From: Nitrospirota bacterium
GTDB lineage: Bacteria; Nitrospirota; Nitrospiria; 2-01-FULL-66-17
Length of the DNA: 64,000 bases
Direction of reading: 5' to 3'
Assembly (NCBI GenBank): GCA_016201825.1
Contig: JACQCD010000121.1
Span: 1,753 to 65,752, forward strand
Under the pieces are notes generated by a model. That model searched no databases. It had not been told where the DNA came from and was given only the letters and a program-made list of their open reading frames with translations. Within the stretch, counting starts at the first letter, position 1. The number at the start of each line of letters is the position of its first letter. The position numbers and the translations under genes are program-made. Positions 1-8,500 of the stretch are shown piece after piece.

Positions 1-1978
1 AGAGATCGGCACGGCGGCCGTTGGTCCATGCCTGCCCGATCGCAAACCGCTCGGCGAGAAACGGCAATCCCCCGATGTGATCGAGTTGGGGGTGACTGGC
101 GACGAGGTAGTTGATTTTCCGGATGCCCCGGTTCCACAGCATGGGCGCCACCACCGTGCGTCCCACATCCAGCTCGTGAAAGCGCTTGCCTCCGTCGACG
201 ACCATCACCTCACCCGAAGGGAACCGCACGATGGCCCCGTCACCCTGGCCGACGTCCAGGAAGGTGATGTCCAAGGATGCGTTGGACCCCCAGCGCGGAA
301 CCCCAGCCAGCCAGGGTACGACGAGGAACACGAGGGCGCCGCCCGCGAGCCCCCGCTTCCACGGCGTAAGTCGGCGGTCCAATAGGCCCGCCAGCGCCAT
401 ATAGCCCAGTGCGACCGCCGCCAACGGCGGCGCGGCGACGTAGAGGATCGCAAACGGCCAGGCGGCGAAACTCTCGACCGTCCGCAGGAGCAAGTCGAGC
501 GCGAAGGCGTTCAGCGACGCCAGCGGCAGGGTCGGGGTGTCGCCGATGGCCGCGGCTACGCCGGACACGAGGCCGAGCGGGACCACGAGCACGCCGGCGA
601 GCGGGATGATGACCGAGTTGGAGACGAGACCGACCCAATTGACTTGATTGAAATGATGCGCGACCAGCGGAGCCGTTCCGACGCCGGCGGCGACCGACGT
701 CACGATCAAGAGCGTGATCTTGGAGAAGAGGCGGGTCTTCCAGGTCGGGGGGCGGTCGTCCGGATTCGCGAGGAGCCGAGCCTTCCACCACTCCATCCCG
801 AGGGCGATGCACAGCACCGACAGAAACGAAAGCTGAAACGACACGTCCCGAAGCGCGTGAGGATCCCACGCCAGAATCGCGAGCGCGGCGAGCGCGAGGG
901 CGTTGAAGAGGTCGTCTTGCCGGTGCAGCATCACCGCGAGGAGGTACAGCGCGATCATCAGGAGCGCCCGCAGCGTGGCCACTTGTCCGCCGGCCAGCAG
1001 GGCGTAGAAGGTGACGGGCGCCAGGGTGACCGCGGCGGCCACCTGCGAGGGGGTGACGCGCAGCGTCATTCGCAGCAGCAGGCGTTCCGGAAGACGTAGA
1101 ATCGTCCATCGCGCGCCGACGAAGATGACGAAGGCGATCAGTCCCAGATGCGACCCCGAGATGGAGAGGAGGTGAACCGTCCCGGAGGCCATGAACGAGT
1201 CGCGAAGTTTTGCGGTGAGGTATCCGGTTTCTCCGGTGACCATGGCGAGGAAGATCGGGGCGGTGTCCTCGGGCAGCGAGGCGAGGGCGGCCGCTCGGAT
1301 GCGTTCTCGCCAGAGGTAAATCGGGTCCAAGATCGGCGAGGACCGGTGACCGATCGGCGAGATTCCGCTGGCTTTGAGCGTGCCGACGGCGACGACGTTC
1401 TGCCGTTCCAACCATTCGCCGTAATCGAAGAGCCCCGGGTTGCGGAATCCCCTCGGTGGATGGAAGGCGGCGGTCACTCGCACGATATCTCCATACCGCA
1501 GTCCGTCGAACACCGCGGAAGGGCCGGAGAGTCGGATGTGCCCGGCCAGGGCGCGATCGCCCTGGGAGGTGTGGATCCGGAGGCGTCCCGCGGTGACCGA
1601 CGCCCACTCGGGCATGTGATGGATGGGGGCGTCCAACTCGGCTTCGACGGTGACCGGATCGGCCGTGATCAACCGCGGGTCGGGCGACGGCGGGGGCGTG
1701 GCAAGGGTATAGGCCACGGCGGCGATGAGAACGAGCCATTGCCGAGGGGCGAACACGAGGACGCGGGGGAGGGATCGGCCCGCCACGCGATGGAGCCCCC
1801 ACAGCGCGACCCCGAGCGCCGTCGCGCCGAGGGGGAACAGGTCGGCCAACTCGCCGAGCGCGATGCCGATGACCAGTGCGAGCGCCAGCGGCACGAGAGG
1901 CCGAGACAGCCTGGTGTCGGTCGAAAGCCGCGGCGCGCCTTCAGGCGGGGCGCTCTGCGTCGGGTCCGCCGTCGGCAC
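1..1978 (-). CDS. comEC: DNA internalization competence protein ComEC/Rec2 (3' end runs off the left edge of the window)
   Basis: Not in the ORF track because the frame is open to position 1. My translation of the minus frame gives RLSRPLVPLALALVIGIALG, many TM helices, then ITFLDVGQGDGAIVRFPSGEVMVVDGG and YLVASHPQLDHIGGLPFLAERFAIGQAWTNG (metallo-beta-lactamase domain). Start assigned to in-frame GTG at 1978. The listed 240..1802(-) ORF is a shadow frame. Confidence 0.8.
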   Translation of the reverse strand, partial: MPTADPTQSAPPEGAPRLSTDTRLSRPLVPLALALVIGIALGELADLFPLGATALGVALWGLHRVAGRSLPRVLVFAPRQWLVLIAAVAYTLATPPPSPDPRLITADPVTVEAELDAPIHHMPEWASVTAGRLRIHTSQGDRALAGHIRLSGPSAVFDGLRYGDIVRVTAAFHPPRGFRNPGLFDYGEWLERQNVVAVGTLKASGISPIGHRSSPILDPIYLWRERIRAAALASLPEDTAPIFLAMVTGETGYLTAKLRDSFMASGTVHLLSISGSHLGLIAFVIFVGARWTILRLPERLLLRMTLRVTPSQVAAAVTLAPVTFYALLAGGQVATLRALLMIALYLLAVMLHRQDDLFNALALAALAILAWDPHALRDVSFQLSFLSVLCIALGMEWWKARLLANPDDRPPTWKTRLFSKITLLIVTSVAAGVGTAPLVAHHFNQVNWVGLVSNSVIIPLAGVLVVPLGLVSGVAAAIGDTPTLPLASLNAFALDLLLRTVESFAAWPFAILYVAAPPLAAVALGYMALAGLLDRRLTPWKRGLAGGALVFLVVPWLAGVPRWGSNASLDITFLDVGQGDGAIVRFPSGEVMVVDGGKRFHELDVGRTVVAPMLWNRGIRKINYLVASHPQLDHIGGLPFLAERFAIGQAWTNGRRADL

Positions 1979-1992
1979 TCCGGAACGAGGCC

Positions 1993-2706
1993 TCAGCGGT
2001 TGTGGCAGATCAGGCAGAGGTCGCGGGCAGGGGCTCGGAGGAAGGGGGCGTTGCCGTTGTCGTGCGGGTTGTGGCAACTGTCGCAGTGCATGATCCCGTT
2101 CGACGTTCGCACCATCTGTAGGCTGGCCAGATCGGTGGGCTCAACCCCCGTGGGGATGATCAAGAGGTCGGAGGTCGGGCCGGTCGGAAGGACGAATCCT
2201 TCGTCTCGCAGATCCGGAAGAGACCAATACCGGTACTGGCTGACAATCGGCCGTTCCGCCCTGAACTGTCCGTTGGCCCGCCGTGGGTAGGTCGTGTTGT
2301 ACGGGTGATCGAAACTTTTCGACTGCGGGGACGCGCCCTGGTGAACCTCCAGTCCGAGGACGCCGTCGTGACACCCCAGACACACCGATGACGAGCCGCC
2401 GGGTGCACTCTTGGCGCCTGGAGCACTGGATTCTACCGTGAAGGGGGGGGCGTCTTTCTGCCATAACGGCCCTGTCGTTTCCTCCGGTGTAGTCGTTGAG
2501 AGGACGGTGGCGCCGCCGGCGGCTCGGTACGCAGGACCTTCGGCGTGACAGCCGAAACAGACGTGCTGTCCCGCTGGAGTTTCGGAGGGGCCCAAGAAAT
2601 TGTGCGGGCTGTTGACGACCGCTTGAAACGGCTCCGCGATGGCCGGGCCGCTCCACGCGATTACGAGAATCGCCAGCGTCAGGAGTCCGGGGATTCCCCG
2701 CGTCAT
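1993..2706 (-). CDS. secreted tetraheme c-type cytochrome
   Basis: 237 aa. N-terminal signal-like [17 protein letters not shown]. Four CXXCH motifs counted: CFGCH, CLGCH, CDSCH, CLICH. Start overlaps the glmM stop at 2703-2706. Confidence 0.85.
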   Translation of the reverse strand: MTRGIPGLLTLAILVIAWSGPAIAEPFQAVVNSPHNFLGPSETPAGQHVCFGCHAEGPAYRAAGGATVLSTTTPEETTGPLWQKDAPPFTVESSAPGAKSAPGGSSSVCLGCHDGVLGLEVHQGASPQSKSFDHPYNTTYPRRANGQFRAERPIVSQYRYWSLPDLRDEGFVLPTGPTSDLLIIPTGVEPTDLASLQMVRTSNGIMHCDSCHNPHDNGNAPFLRAPARDLCLICHNR

Positions 2707-4082
2707 TCGCCGACCGCTTTCGGCCCTGGTCCGACGGCGCTTCGCAAGGTGTCGGCCAATTCTTCGGCCACCCCCGAGATGACGGTGAAGTCCTCCCCCT
2801 CGACCATCACGCGAACCAGCGGCTCGGTGCCGGAATATCGAACAAGGATTCTTCCTTGGGGGCCCAGCCGACGCTCCAGCGACGACAGGGCGGCCGTGAA
2901 GCCGGGAATGGTCTCGAGATTTTGGCGGTCGGCGACTCGGACGTTCACCAAGACTTGCGGGAGCACGGTCATGCAGGACGCGAGTTCGGACAATCGCTTC
3001 CCGGTCTTTTCCATGATCGCGAGGACCTGCAGGGCCGTAATCAGGCCGTCACCCGTGGTGTTGTAGTCCAGAAAGATGATGTGCCCGGATTGCTCGCCAC
3101 CGAAGACGAAGCCGTCCTTCATCATGCGTTCGAGGACGTATCGGTCACCCACGGCGGTGCGCACGAGGGAGATTCCGGATTGGCGGAGCGCGATTTCGAG
3201 GCCTAGATTGCTCATCACGGTGGCGACGACGGTGTGTCCGGTCAACCGTCCGAGCCGCTCGAGATCCAATGCGCAGAGCGCAAGGATCTGGTCGCCATGG
3301 ACGATCTTGCCCAGCTCATCGCAGAAAATGACCCGGTCGGCGTCGCCGTCGTGCGCGATCCCCAGGTTCGCGTGATGACTCACCACGGCCTTCTGCAAGG
3401 CCTCGGGGTACAACGCGCCGCAATACTGGTTGATGTTGGTCCCGTTCGGGCGGTCGGCGAGGGTGATGACTTCGGCGCCCAGTTCCCGCAACACCATCGG
3501 CGTCACCTTGTACGCGGCGCCGTTGGCGGTGTCGACCACGACCTTGAGGCCGTCGAACTGCATGCCCTTCGGCAGCGTGTTCTTGGTGAACTCGATATAG
3601 CGACCGTCCGCGTCGTCGATCCGGAAGGCCTTGCCGATGTCGCGCGCGGTCGGCCGTTCCTGGTCGATCGCGCCAGAAAAGATCAACTCCTCAATCTCCC
3701 GTTCGACGTCGTCGGGGAGTTTGAGGCCCTCGTGCGAAAAGAACTTGATCCCGTTGTCCTCGAAGGGGTTGTGCGAGGCGGAAATGACGACGCCGGCGTC
3801 GGCACGAAGGCTTTTGGTCAGAAACGCGATGGCCGGTGTCGGCATCGGACCCACCAGCAGCACGTCAACGCCCATCGAGCAGATGCCGGCGGTGAGCGCG
3901 CTCTCGATCATATAGCCCGAGAGCCGGGTGTCTTTCCCGATCACGAAACGGTGGTGGCCGGCTCGATGCTTCTTGAAGAGGTAGGCCGCCGCCCGGCCCA
4001 ATTTCATGGCGGTCTCGGCGGTGACCGGTTCGATATTTGCGGTGCCCCGGACCCCGTCGGTGCCGAATAGGCGGCGCTCCAT
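2703..4082 (-). CDS. glmM: phosphoglucosamine mutase
   Basis: [16 protein letters not shown]... and [16 protein letters not shown] (phospho-Ser motif). GGAG lies 8 nt upstream of the ATG at 4082. The 148 upstream codons of ORF 2703..4526 are Arg-rich and overlap the next gene, so they are not counted. Confidence 0.93.
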   Translation of the reverse strand: MERRLFGTDGVRGTANIEPVTAETAMKLGRAAAYLFKKHRAGHHRFVIGKDTRLSGYMIESALTAGICSMGVDVLLVGPMPTPAIAFLTKSLRADAGVVISASHNPFEDNGIKFFSHEGLKLPDDVEREIEELIFSGAIDQERPTARDIGKAFRIDDADGRYIEFTKNTLPKGMQFDGLKVVVDTANGAAYKVTPMVLRELGAEVITLADRPNGTNINQYCGALYPEALQKAVVSHHANLGIAHDGDADRVIFCDELGKIVHGDQILALCALDLERLGRLTGHTVVATVMSNLGLEIALRQSGISLVRTAVGDRYVLERMMKDGFVFGGEQSGHIIFLDYNTTGDGLITALQVLAIMEKTGKRLSELASCMTVLPQVLVNVRVADRQNLETIPGFTAALSSLERRLGPQGRILVRYSGTEPLVRVMVEGEDFTVISGVAEELADTLRSAVGPGPKAVGE

Positions 4083-4132
4083 GCGCAGTCTCCACAGAAC
4101 GCCACTCATCTTAGCAGGCTTATCCCCCCTTT

Positions 4133-5017
4133 TCAACCGAAGCCGAGCGCGGCCGTGCCGGCGAGCGTGACCGCGACCCCGCCCCACTCCTTGCGGCTCA
4201 AGCGTTCGTGGAGCACGTGTCGGGCAATCACGATCGTGACGAGGGGATAGGCCGAGGCGATCGGCGCCGCAACGCTCGCGGGCACGGTGTGGAGGGCGAA
4301 GCCGTATGAGAAAAACGCGACGAGATCGAGGACCGCGGCCGGGACGATGAAGGCCCACAGCGCCGGGGGCCAGCGGGGGGGAGACGATTCGGTCCGGGGA
4401 ATCGCCCCCCGCCAGGCGAACCAGGCGGACATCGCGAGCAGGATCTCCACTCTGAGCAGGGCGATCGGCGCAAAGCCCCCCATTTCCTTCACAAGCGGAA
4501 GGAGAAGCGCCGTGCCGGATCCCCACGCGAGCATCGTGGCCACGCCGGCCAGGACGCCGCGCCGTCGCCCGACCGCGCCGAGGTCGTGCACGGCCCTGGT
4601 ATCGATCAGCATGATGGCGAGGCCGGTCAGCGTGAGGGCGATACCGCCGAGCCTCGATGCCGAGACCTTCTCTCCGAAGAGCACGAGGCCGGCCGAAACG
4701 GGGATCAGCGCGCCGGCGCTACTGATCGGACTGACCAGCGACACGGCCCCCACGCGGAGGCCGTAGAAGAACGAGAGATACCCCACGCCGAAGGCCGCGG
4801 CGGCAAGGGTGATCCACGCCAGGGAGGCGGGGTTCGGTGGCGGGGGGGCAACCACCGCCCAGGCGACGAGCAGCAGGGGGAGCCCGGCTCCTTGAATGCC
4901 CAACAGGGTTCGGGTTTCGCCAATGCGACGCGTGACATGGGCCGCCAAGTAATCGGCGGCTCCCCACGCCGCGCTGGTCGCGAAGGCGCACGCGAGACCG
5001 AGGCTGGTCGGATCCAC
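4133..5017 (-). CDS. EamA/DMT-family transporter
   Basis: Highly hydrophobic multi-TM sequence with two similar halves (…[11 protein letters not shown]…, …[13 protein letters not shown]…). Start moved to in-frame GTG at 5017 because the upstream 64 codons are Arg/Trp-rich. Confidence 0.7.
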   Translation of the reverse strand: MDPTSLGLACAFATSAAWGAADYLAAHVTRRIGETRTLLGIQGAGLPLLLVAWAVVAPPPPNPASLAWITLAAAAFGVGYLSFFYGLRVGAVSLVSPISSAGALIPVSAGLVLFGEKVSASRLGGIALTLTGLAIMLIDTRAVHDLGAVGRRRGVLAGVATMLAWGSGTALLLPLVKEMGGFAPIALLRVEILLAMSAWFAWRGAIPRTESSPPRWPPALWAFIVPAAVLDLVAFFSYGFALHTVPASVAAPIASAYPLVTIVIARHVLHERLSRKEWGGVAVTLAGTAALGFG

Positions 5018-5039
5018 TATCGTCGCCGCGCGGGCGCTG

Positions 5040-5777
5040 CTACACTCGGGAGAGAGCGCACGCCTGCGCCACACCGTCACGGTAGGCAATCCACAGCTCC
5101 AGCGACCGCTCCAGCGCGTGGACAACCCTCTGCTGGGCCTCGGCGGTCGACGCGTGGTCGAGCACCATCTTCCATGCGTCTTGGCGGTGAAGGCCTTCCA
5201 CCGCCCCATGGGCGCGGATGAGGTCGAGGTAGCGGGGTGCGACGCCGTGATACTTCACCAGGGGATGGTTGGCGATCTTTTTCTCGACGTCGGGCTCGTC
5301 CCGCGATGTGCCGTTCAGGACCGCGCGTTCGTGGACGCTTCCCTCGACGAAGATCGTGGTTACGGCCGCGCCTTCGATCCAGGATCCTCCGGTCGTGATG
5401 TGGTCGAGCCAGCGTCGGTAGGCCGCGCTCTCGGGCAGGAGCGAGACGTGTTCGAAGTCGGCCGGAGCATACCCGACCCCCTCCATCAAGTAGAGAAACA
5501 GGTCGGGGTGCGAGCGTCCACGCGTGAGGCCTCCGGTTTCTTCTTCATAGAGGTTTTCCGCCAACGCTCTGCGGACGCTGATCGGTGGATTCTTGCCGTG
5601 AACGCGGGAGAGCAGAACCGGAAAGTCCCGGACGTACACGGCGTACTCTTGTTGGAAGTGGACCTTGAGTTGAGCCGGGGTGATCTTCCCCCCGGCGAAC
5701 CACGTCCAGGCCCAGTGATCTTTCCGGTCCATGATGGTGAACAGGCGCTCTCGAAACGCCTCGCGTGACTCGGTCAT
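5040..5777 (-). CDS. heme-oxygenase-fold PqqC/TenA/CADD-like iron-dependent redox protein
   Basis: MTESREAFRERLFTIMDRKDHWAW…FQQEYAVYVRDFP…ENLYEEETGG…SHPDLFL, typical of the PqqC/CADD family. Start taken at the ATG at 5777. Confidence 0.6.
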   Translation of the reverse strand: MTESREAFRERLFTIMDRKDHWAWTWFAGGKITPAQLKVHFQQEYAVYVRDFPVLLSRVHGKNPPISVRRALAENLYEEETGGLTRGRSHPDLFLYLMEGVGYAPADFEHVSLLPESAAYRRWLDHITTGGSWIEGAAVTTIFVEGSVHERAVLNGTSRDEPDVEKKIANHPLVKYHGVAPRYLDLIRAHGAVEGLHRQDAWKMVLDHASTAEAQQRVVHALERSLELWIAYRDGVAQACALSRV

Positions 5778-5965
5778 CGTCGGTGTGCTCCACGTGATTA
5801 AGCGAGGAGCATTGTAGCACAAGGCTCTCTCAGAAAAAGAGGCGGGAACCGGCCGCGCCGGGTTTCAACACACCGCCGCCCGTGCTCTCACAAACCGAGA
5901 CGGCGAGCGCCAGCTTGGCGGGGCTTTTCCGCTTGTTGGCAGATGTCGAAATTGCATACGGGCTG

Positions 5966-5995
5966 TTGACAAAGCTTCGGCACGCGGCTTACAAT
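5966..5995 (+). promoter_or_regulatory. sigma70-type promoter TTGACA-N18-TACAAT; the -10 ends 5 nt before the ATG at 6001 (leaderless transcript implied)
   Basis: TTGACA at 5966-5971 and TACAAT at 5990-5995, read directly. No Shine-Dalgarno sequence can fit between the -10 and the ATG. Confidence 0.55.
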
Positions 5996-6000
5996 CCGCC

Positions 6001-6339
6001 ATGCAGATTGGGATTCTGTTGACTACGAGTCCCGACCACGAAAATTCGTATCTCGTGGGGAGGCTCTCCGAGGCGTGGCTCAAGCAAGGGCATCAGGTTG
6101 AATTGTTTCTGATGGGTGAGGGTGTGTACAATGGGATGGCTGTCCACTCGCCCAGGCGACCGTATGCCGTGCTGCCCACCTTGCTCGGCTTGGGGGTGAA
6201 GGTCTCCGTGTGTGGCGTGACGGCGGAGGCCCGGGGGCTGGCGGAGAGCAACCTTTATCCCGGCATCGAGATCGCCAGTCAGTATGAGTTGTCCAAGATC
6301 GTGGACCGGTCTGATCGCTTCTTGACGTTTGGCGACTGA
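6001..6339 (+). CDS. DsrE/TusD-like sulfur-relay protein
   Basis: 112 aa. MQIGILLTTSP… and …KVSVCGVTAEARGL (TusD/DsrE-type Cys context). Confidence 0.75.
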   Translation: MQIGILLTTSPDHENSYLVGRLSEAWLKQGHQVELFLMGEGVYNGMAVHSPRRPYAVLPTLLGLGVKVSVCGVTAEARGLAESNLYPGIEIASQYELSKIVDRSDRFLTFGD

Positions 6340-6341
6340 TC

Positions 6342-6686
6342 GTGAAAGCCGTGGTAGTGGCCGTCCGTAGCAGCCCGATGACGACGACCCATGTTCATGA
6401 GGCGCTTCGCATGGCGTTGGGTTTGACCCTGTCAAACCACGAAGTGACCGTGGCGTATGTGGGGGACGGCGCGGCCGCCGCGCTCCATCTGGATGGGCCT
6501 ACGGTGCAGCGTCCCGCGCTGACAGAGTCGATCGAGCTCCTCGATGCGTGCCGAATCCGGGAGATGGTCGAACTGGATGCCCTGCCTGCTCAGTGTCGAG
6601 CGAAGGTGCGATCCCGGGTTGAGTCGTGTTCTCGCTCCGGCCTGGTCGATCTTCTGATGAAGGCCGATGTGGTGATGACATGGTAG
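6342..6686 (+). CDS. DsrF/TusC-like sulfur-relay protein
   Basis: 114 aa. MKAVVVAVRSSP…EALRMALGL… Size and position (2 nt after the DsrE-like gene) match the middle subunit of DsrEFH/TusBCD. Confidence 0.65.
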   Translation: MKAVVVAVRSSPMTTTHVHEALRMALGLTLSNHEVTVAYVGDGAAAALHLDGPTVQRPALTESIELLDACRIREMVELDALPAQCRAKVRSRVESCSRSGLVDLLMKADVVMTW

Positions 6687-6943
6687 CGGGAGGTGCCTTG
6701 CACATAATCAGGAAACGAGATGATGCGTTCGCGGCGGCGGTGATTGCCGAACAGCGTCGCAAGGGGCCGGTGGGTGTGGTGTTGGTTCAGGATGGGATCC
6801 TTGCAGACGTGTCGCCGTCGGTTGACGTGTATGTGAATGGTGAGGATGCGGCGGCGCGGGGAGTGGACACGCCGTACCGCCGGGTGGGCTATGAGGAAAT
6901 TGCTCGCTTCGTGGCGGATGCATCGAGCGTGATGGTGTGGTAG
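6680..6943 (+). CDS. DsrH/TusB-like sulfur-relay protein
   Basis: 87 aa from the ATG at 6680, which overlaps the previous stop. …LHIIRKRDD…VLVQDGI…. Confidence 0.6.
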   Translation: MVAGGALHIIRKRDDAFAAAVIAEQRRKGPVGVVLVQDGILADVSPSVDVYVNGEDAAARGVDTPYRRVGYEEIARFVADASSVMVW

Positions 6944-6954
6944 GAGAATAAGGC

Positions 6955-7197
6955 ATGGCGATTGGGTATACCGTCGACGAGCGTCTGGATTGTAAAGGTC
7001 TGAATTGCCCGCTTCCCGTGATCAAAACGAAAAAGGCGCTTGAAAAACTGGCGGTAGGGCAGGTCCTGGAGATGGTTGCGACCGATCCTGGTTCCAAGTC
7101 AGATATGGCGGCCTGGTCGAAGAGCACGGGGCATGAGTTGCTCGAGACGAAAGAGGAACCAGGGCTGTTTATGTTTTACGTGCGCAAAACGAAGTGA
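6955..7197 (+). CDS. tusA: TusA/SirA-family sulfurtransferase
   Basis: 80 aa. LDCKGLNCPLPVIKTKKAL contains the CPxP active-site motif. Confidence 0.85.
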   Translation: MAIGYTVDERLDCKGLNCPLPVIKTKKALEKLAVGQVLEMVATDPGSKSDMAAWSKSTGHELLETKEEPGLFMFYVRKTK

Positions 7198-7247
7198 TCG
7201 GTCTCCTCGGGATTCGGCGCTGGATGGGAGAGGTGAAGGAGTAGCGT

Positions 7248-7847
7248 ATGGCGGTGACCACACAAGAACTCGATCAGATGGTGGCGGCGAAAGTGAAGGA
7301 ATTGGCGGAACATCGTCTGGAGCAGATGGTCCGCGAGCAGGTGCGGGCGGTCTTGGATGCCGAGGCCCAAAAATCCGCTCGGCCGAAACGGGTGGCGATC
7401 GTGTCGTCCAAAGGAACGCTCGACGCTGGGTATCCCCCCCTGATCCTCGCGACGACCGCCGCCGCGCTCGATATGGAGGTCGGAGTCTTCTTCACGTTTT
7501 TCGGGCTCCACATCCTGAAGAAAAAAGGTCTGGATAATTTGAAGTTCGTGCCAGTGGCGAACCCGGCGATGCCGATGCCAATGCCCAACTTGTTAGGGGC
7601 GTTGCCCGGGATGACCGGGTTGGCGACCCTGATGATGAAGCAGACGATCAAGCAGAAGAACATTGCGTCGATTCCCGAGCTGATGGATGTCGCAAAAGAA
7701 AGCGGGGTCAAGCTCTGGCCGTGCCAGATGACGATGGACATGATGGACATCAAACGGGAAGACCTTATCGACGGGCTGGAAGAACCGGTGGGCGCCGCCA
7801 CCTTTTTGGAGTTTGCTTCCCACGCTGATATCACCCTGTATGTGTAA
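7248..7847 (+). CDS. DsrE/DsrF-like family protein (DsrE2/YrkE-like, COG2210-type)
   Basis: 199 aa. N-terminal coiled segment, then KRVAIVSSKGTLD…LWPCQMTMDMMDI, the conserved Cys context of this family. Confidence 0.7.
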   Translation: MAVTTQELDQMVAAKVKELAEHRLEQMVREQVRAVLDAEAQKSARPKRVAIVSSKGTLDAGYPPLILATTAAALDMEVGVFFTFFGLHILKKKGLDNLKFVPVANPAMPMPMPNLLGALPGMTGLATLMMKQTIKQKNIASIPELMDVAKESGVKLWPCQMTMDMMDIKREDLIDGLEEPVGAATFLEFASHADITLYV

Positions 7848-7868
7848 ATGGGGTGATCAGGGCGTTGT

Positions 7869-7893
7869 AAGGGCACCCACCCTGGGTGCCCTT
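7869..7893 (+). terminator. perfect 11-bp hairpin after the sulfur-relay operon (weak U tract)
   Basis: AAGGGCACCCA-CCC-TGGGTGCCCTT, 22 nt after the stop at 7845-7847. It is followed by CGCATGCG rather than a T run. Confidence 0.45.
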
Positions 7894-8015
7894 CGCATGC
7901 GTCGGCATGCCCTATGTTGCGGATCAAGGGTAGGGGGGCAGAGTCGCATTCCAGTCCCGGGTCGGAAGGGCGACCTTCCGCTGTACACAGCACGCTCGCC
8001 AAGGAGGAGACACTG

Positions 8016-8198
8016 ATGTCCGATATGATGGTGGTATCGTCCAAGATCAAGAAATTTGTGCGGGAGAAAGCGGGTTTTAATACGTCGGCTGAAACGCTCG
8101 AAGCGTTGAGCCAGCGGGTTGAGCGGCTCTGCGCCGAGGCCATTGAGCGGGCGCGGGCCGATGGCCGTAAAACAGTGAAGGCGAGGGACGTCGTCTGA
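8016..8198 (+). CDS. bacterial histone-fold protein (DUF1931 / Aquifex Aq_328-like)
   Basis: 60 aa from the ATG at 8016, preceded by AAGGAGGAG. MSDMMVVSSKIKKFVREKAGFNTSAETLEALSQRVERLCAEAIERARADGRKTVKARDVV. Confidence 0.6.
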   Translation: MSDMMVVSSKIKKFVREKAGFNTSAETLEALSQRVERLCAEAIERARADGRKTVKARDVV

Positions 8199-8241
8199 TC
8201 GAGCCGTCCCGGCGAGACCTCATCGGGCGATCAAAAATCGT

Positions 8242-8270
8242 TTGACACGCTGGAACGGGGTGCGTATAAT
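8242..8270 (+). promoter_or_regulatory. perfect consensus sigma70 promoter TTGACA-N17-TATAAT for rho, with a 17-nt palindrome over the -10
   Basis: TTGACA at 8242-8247 and TATAAT at 8265-8270. The palindrome GTGCGTAT-A-ATACGCAC spans 8260-8276. The leader to the rho ATG is about 225 nt. Confidence 0.65.
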
Positions 8271-8500
8271 ACGCACCGTCTGTTGTGTCTTTCCAAATTC
8301 TCGATCCCCAAACTAAATCGTTAACGTGGTGACAGTCGGCAACTCCCCAGCGCGCGTTGTGAACATCAGCGATCATCGCTAGATATCGTGAACCTGACGC
8401 GCTTCGAGTATCCATTCATCAAGACACCGTCCCGTCGGACTGTTCGTCTGTCGGGACTCGTATGCGACCCTGCATTACGGTACGTCGGGTAGGAGGACCC

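Noticed and set aside
240-1802. 520-aa minus-strand ORF in the supplied track
   Set aside because: The translation is an Arg/Pro/Gly-rich low-complexity string. A different minus frame, open to the window edge, gives an unmistakable ComEC sequence, so this is a GC-driven shadow ORF.
4083-4526. N-terminal 148-codon extension of the glmM ORF
   Set aside because: It is Arg-rich and overlaps the EamA gene. The canonical GlmM N-terminus [13 protein letters not shown] starts at 4082 with a GGAG RBS.
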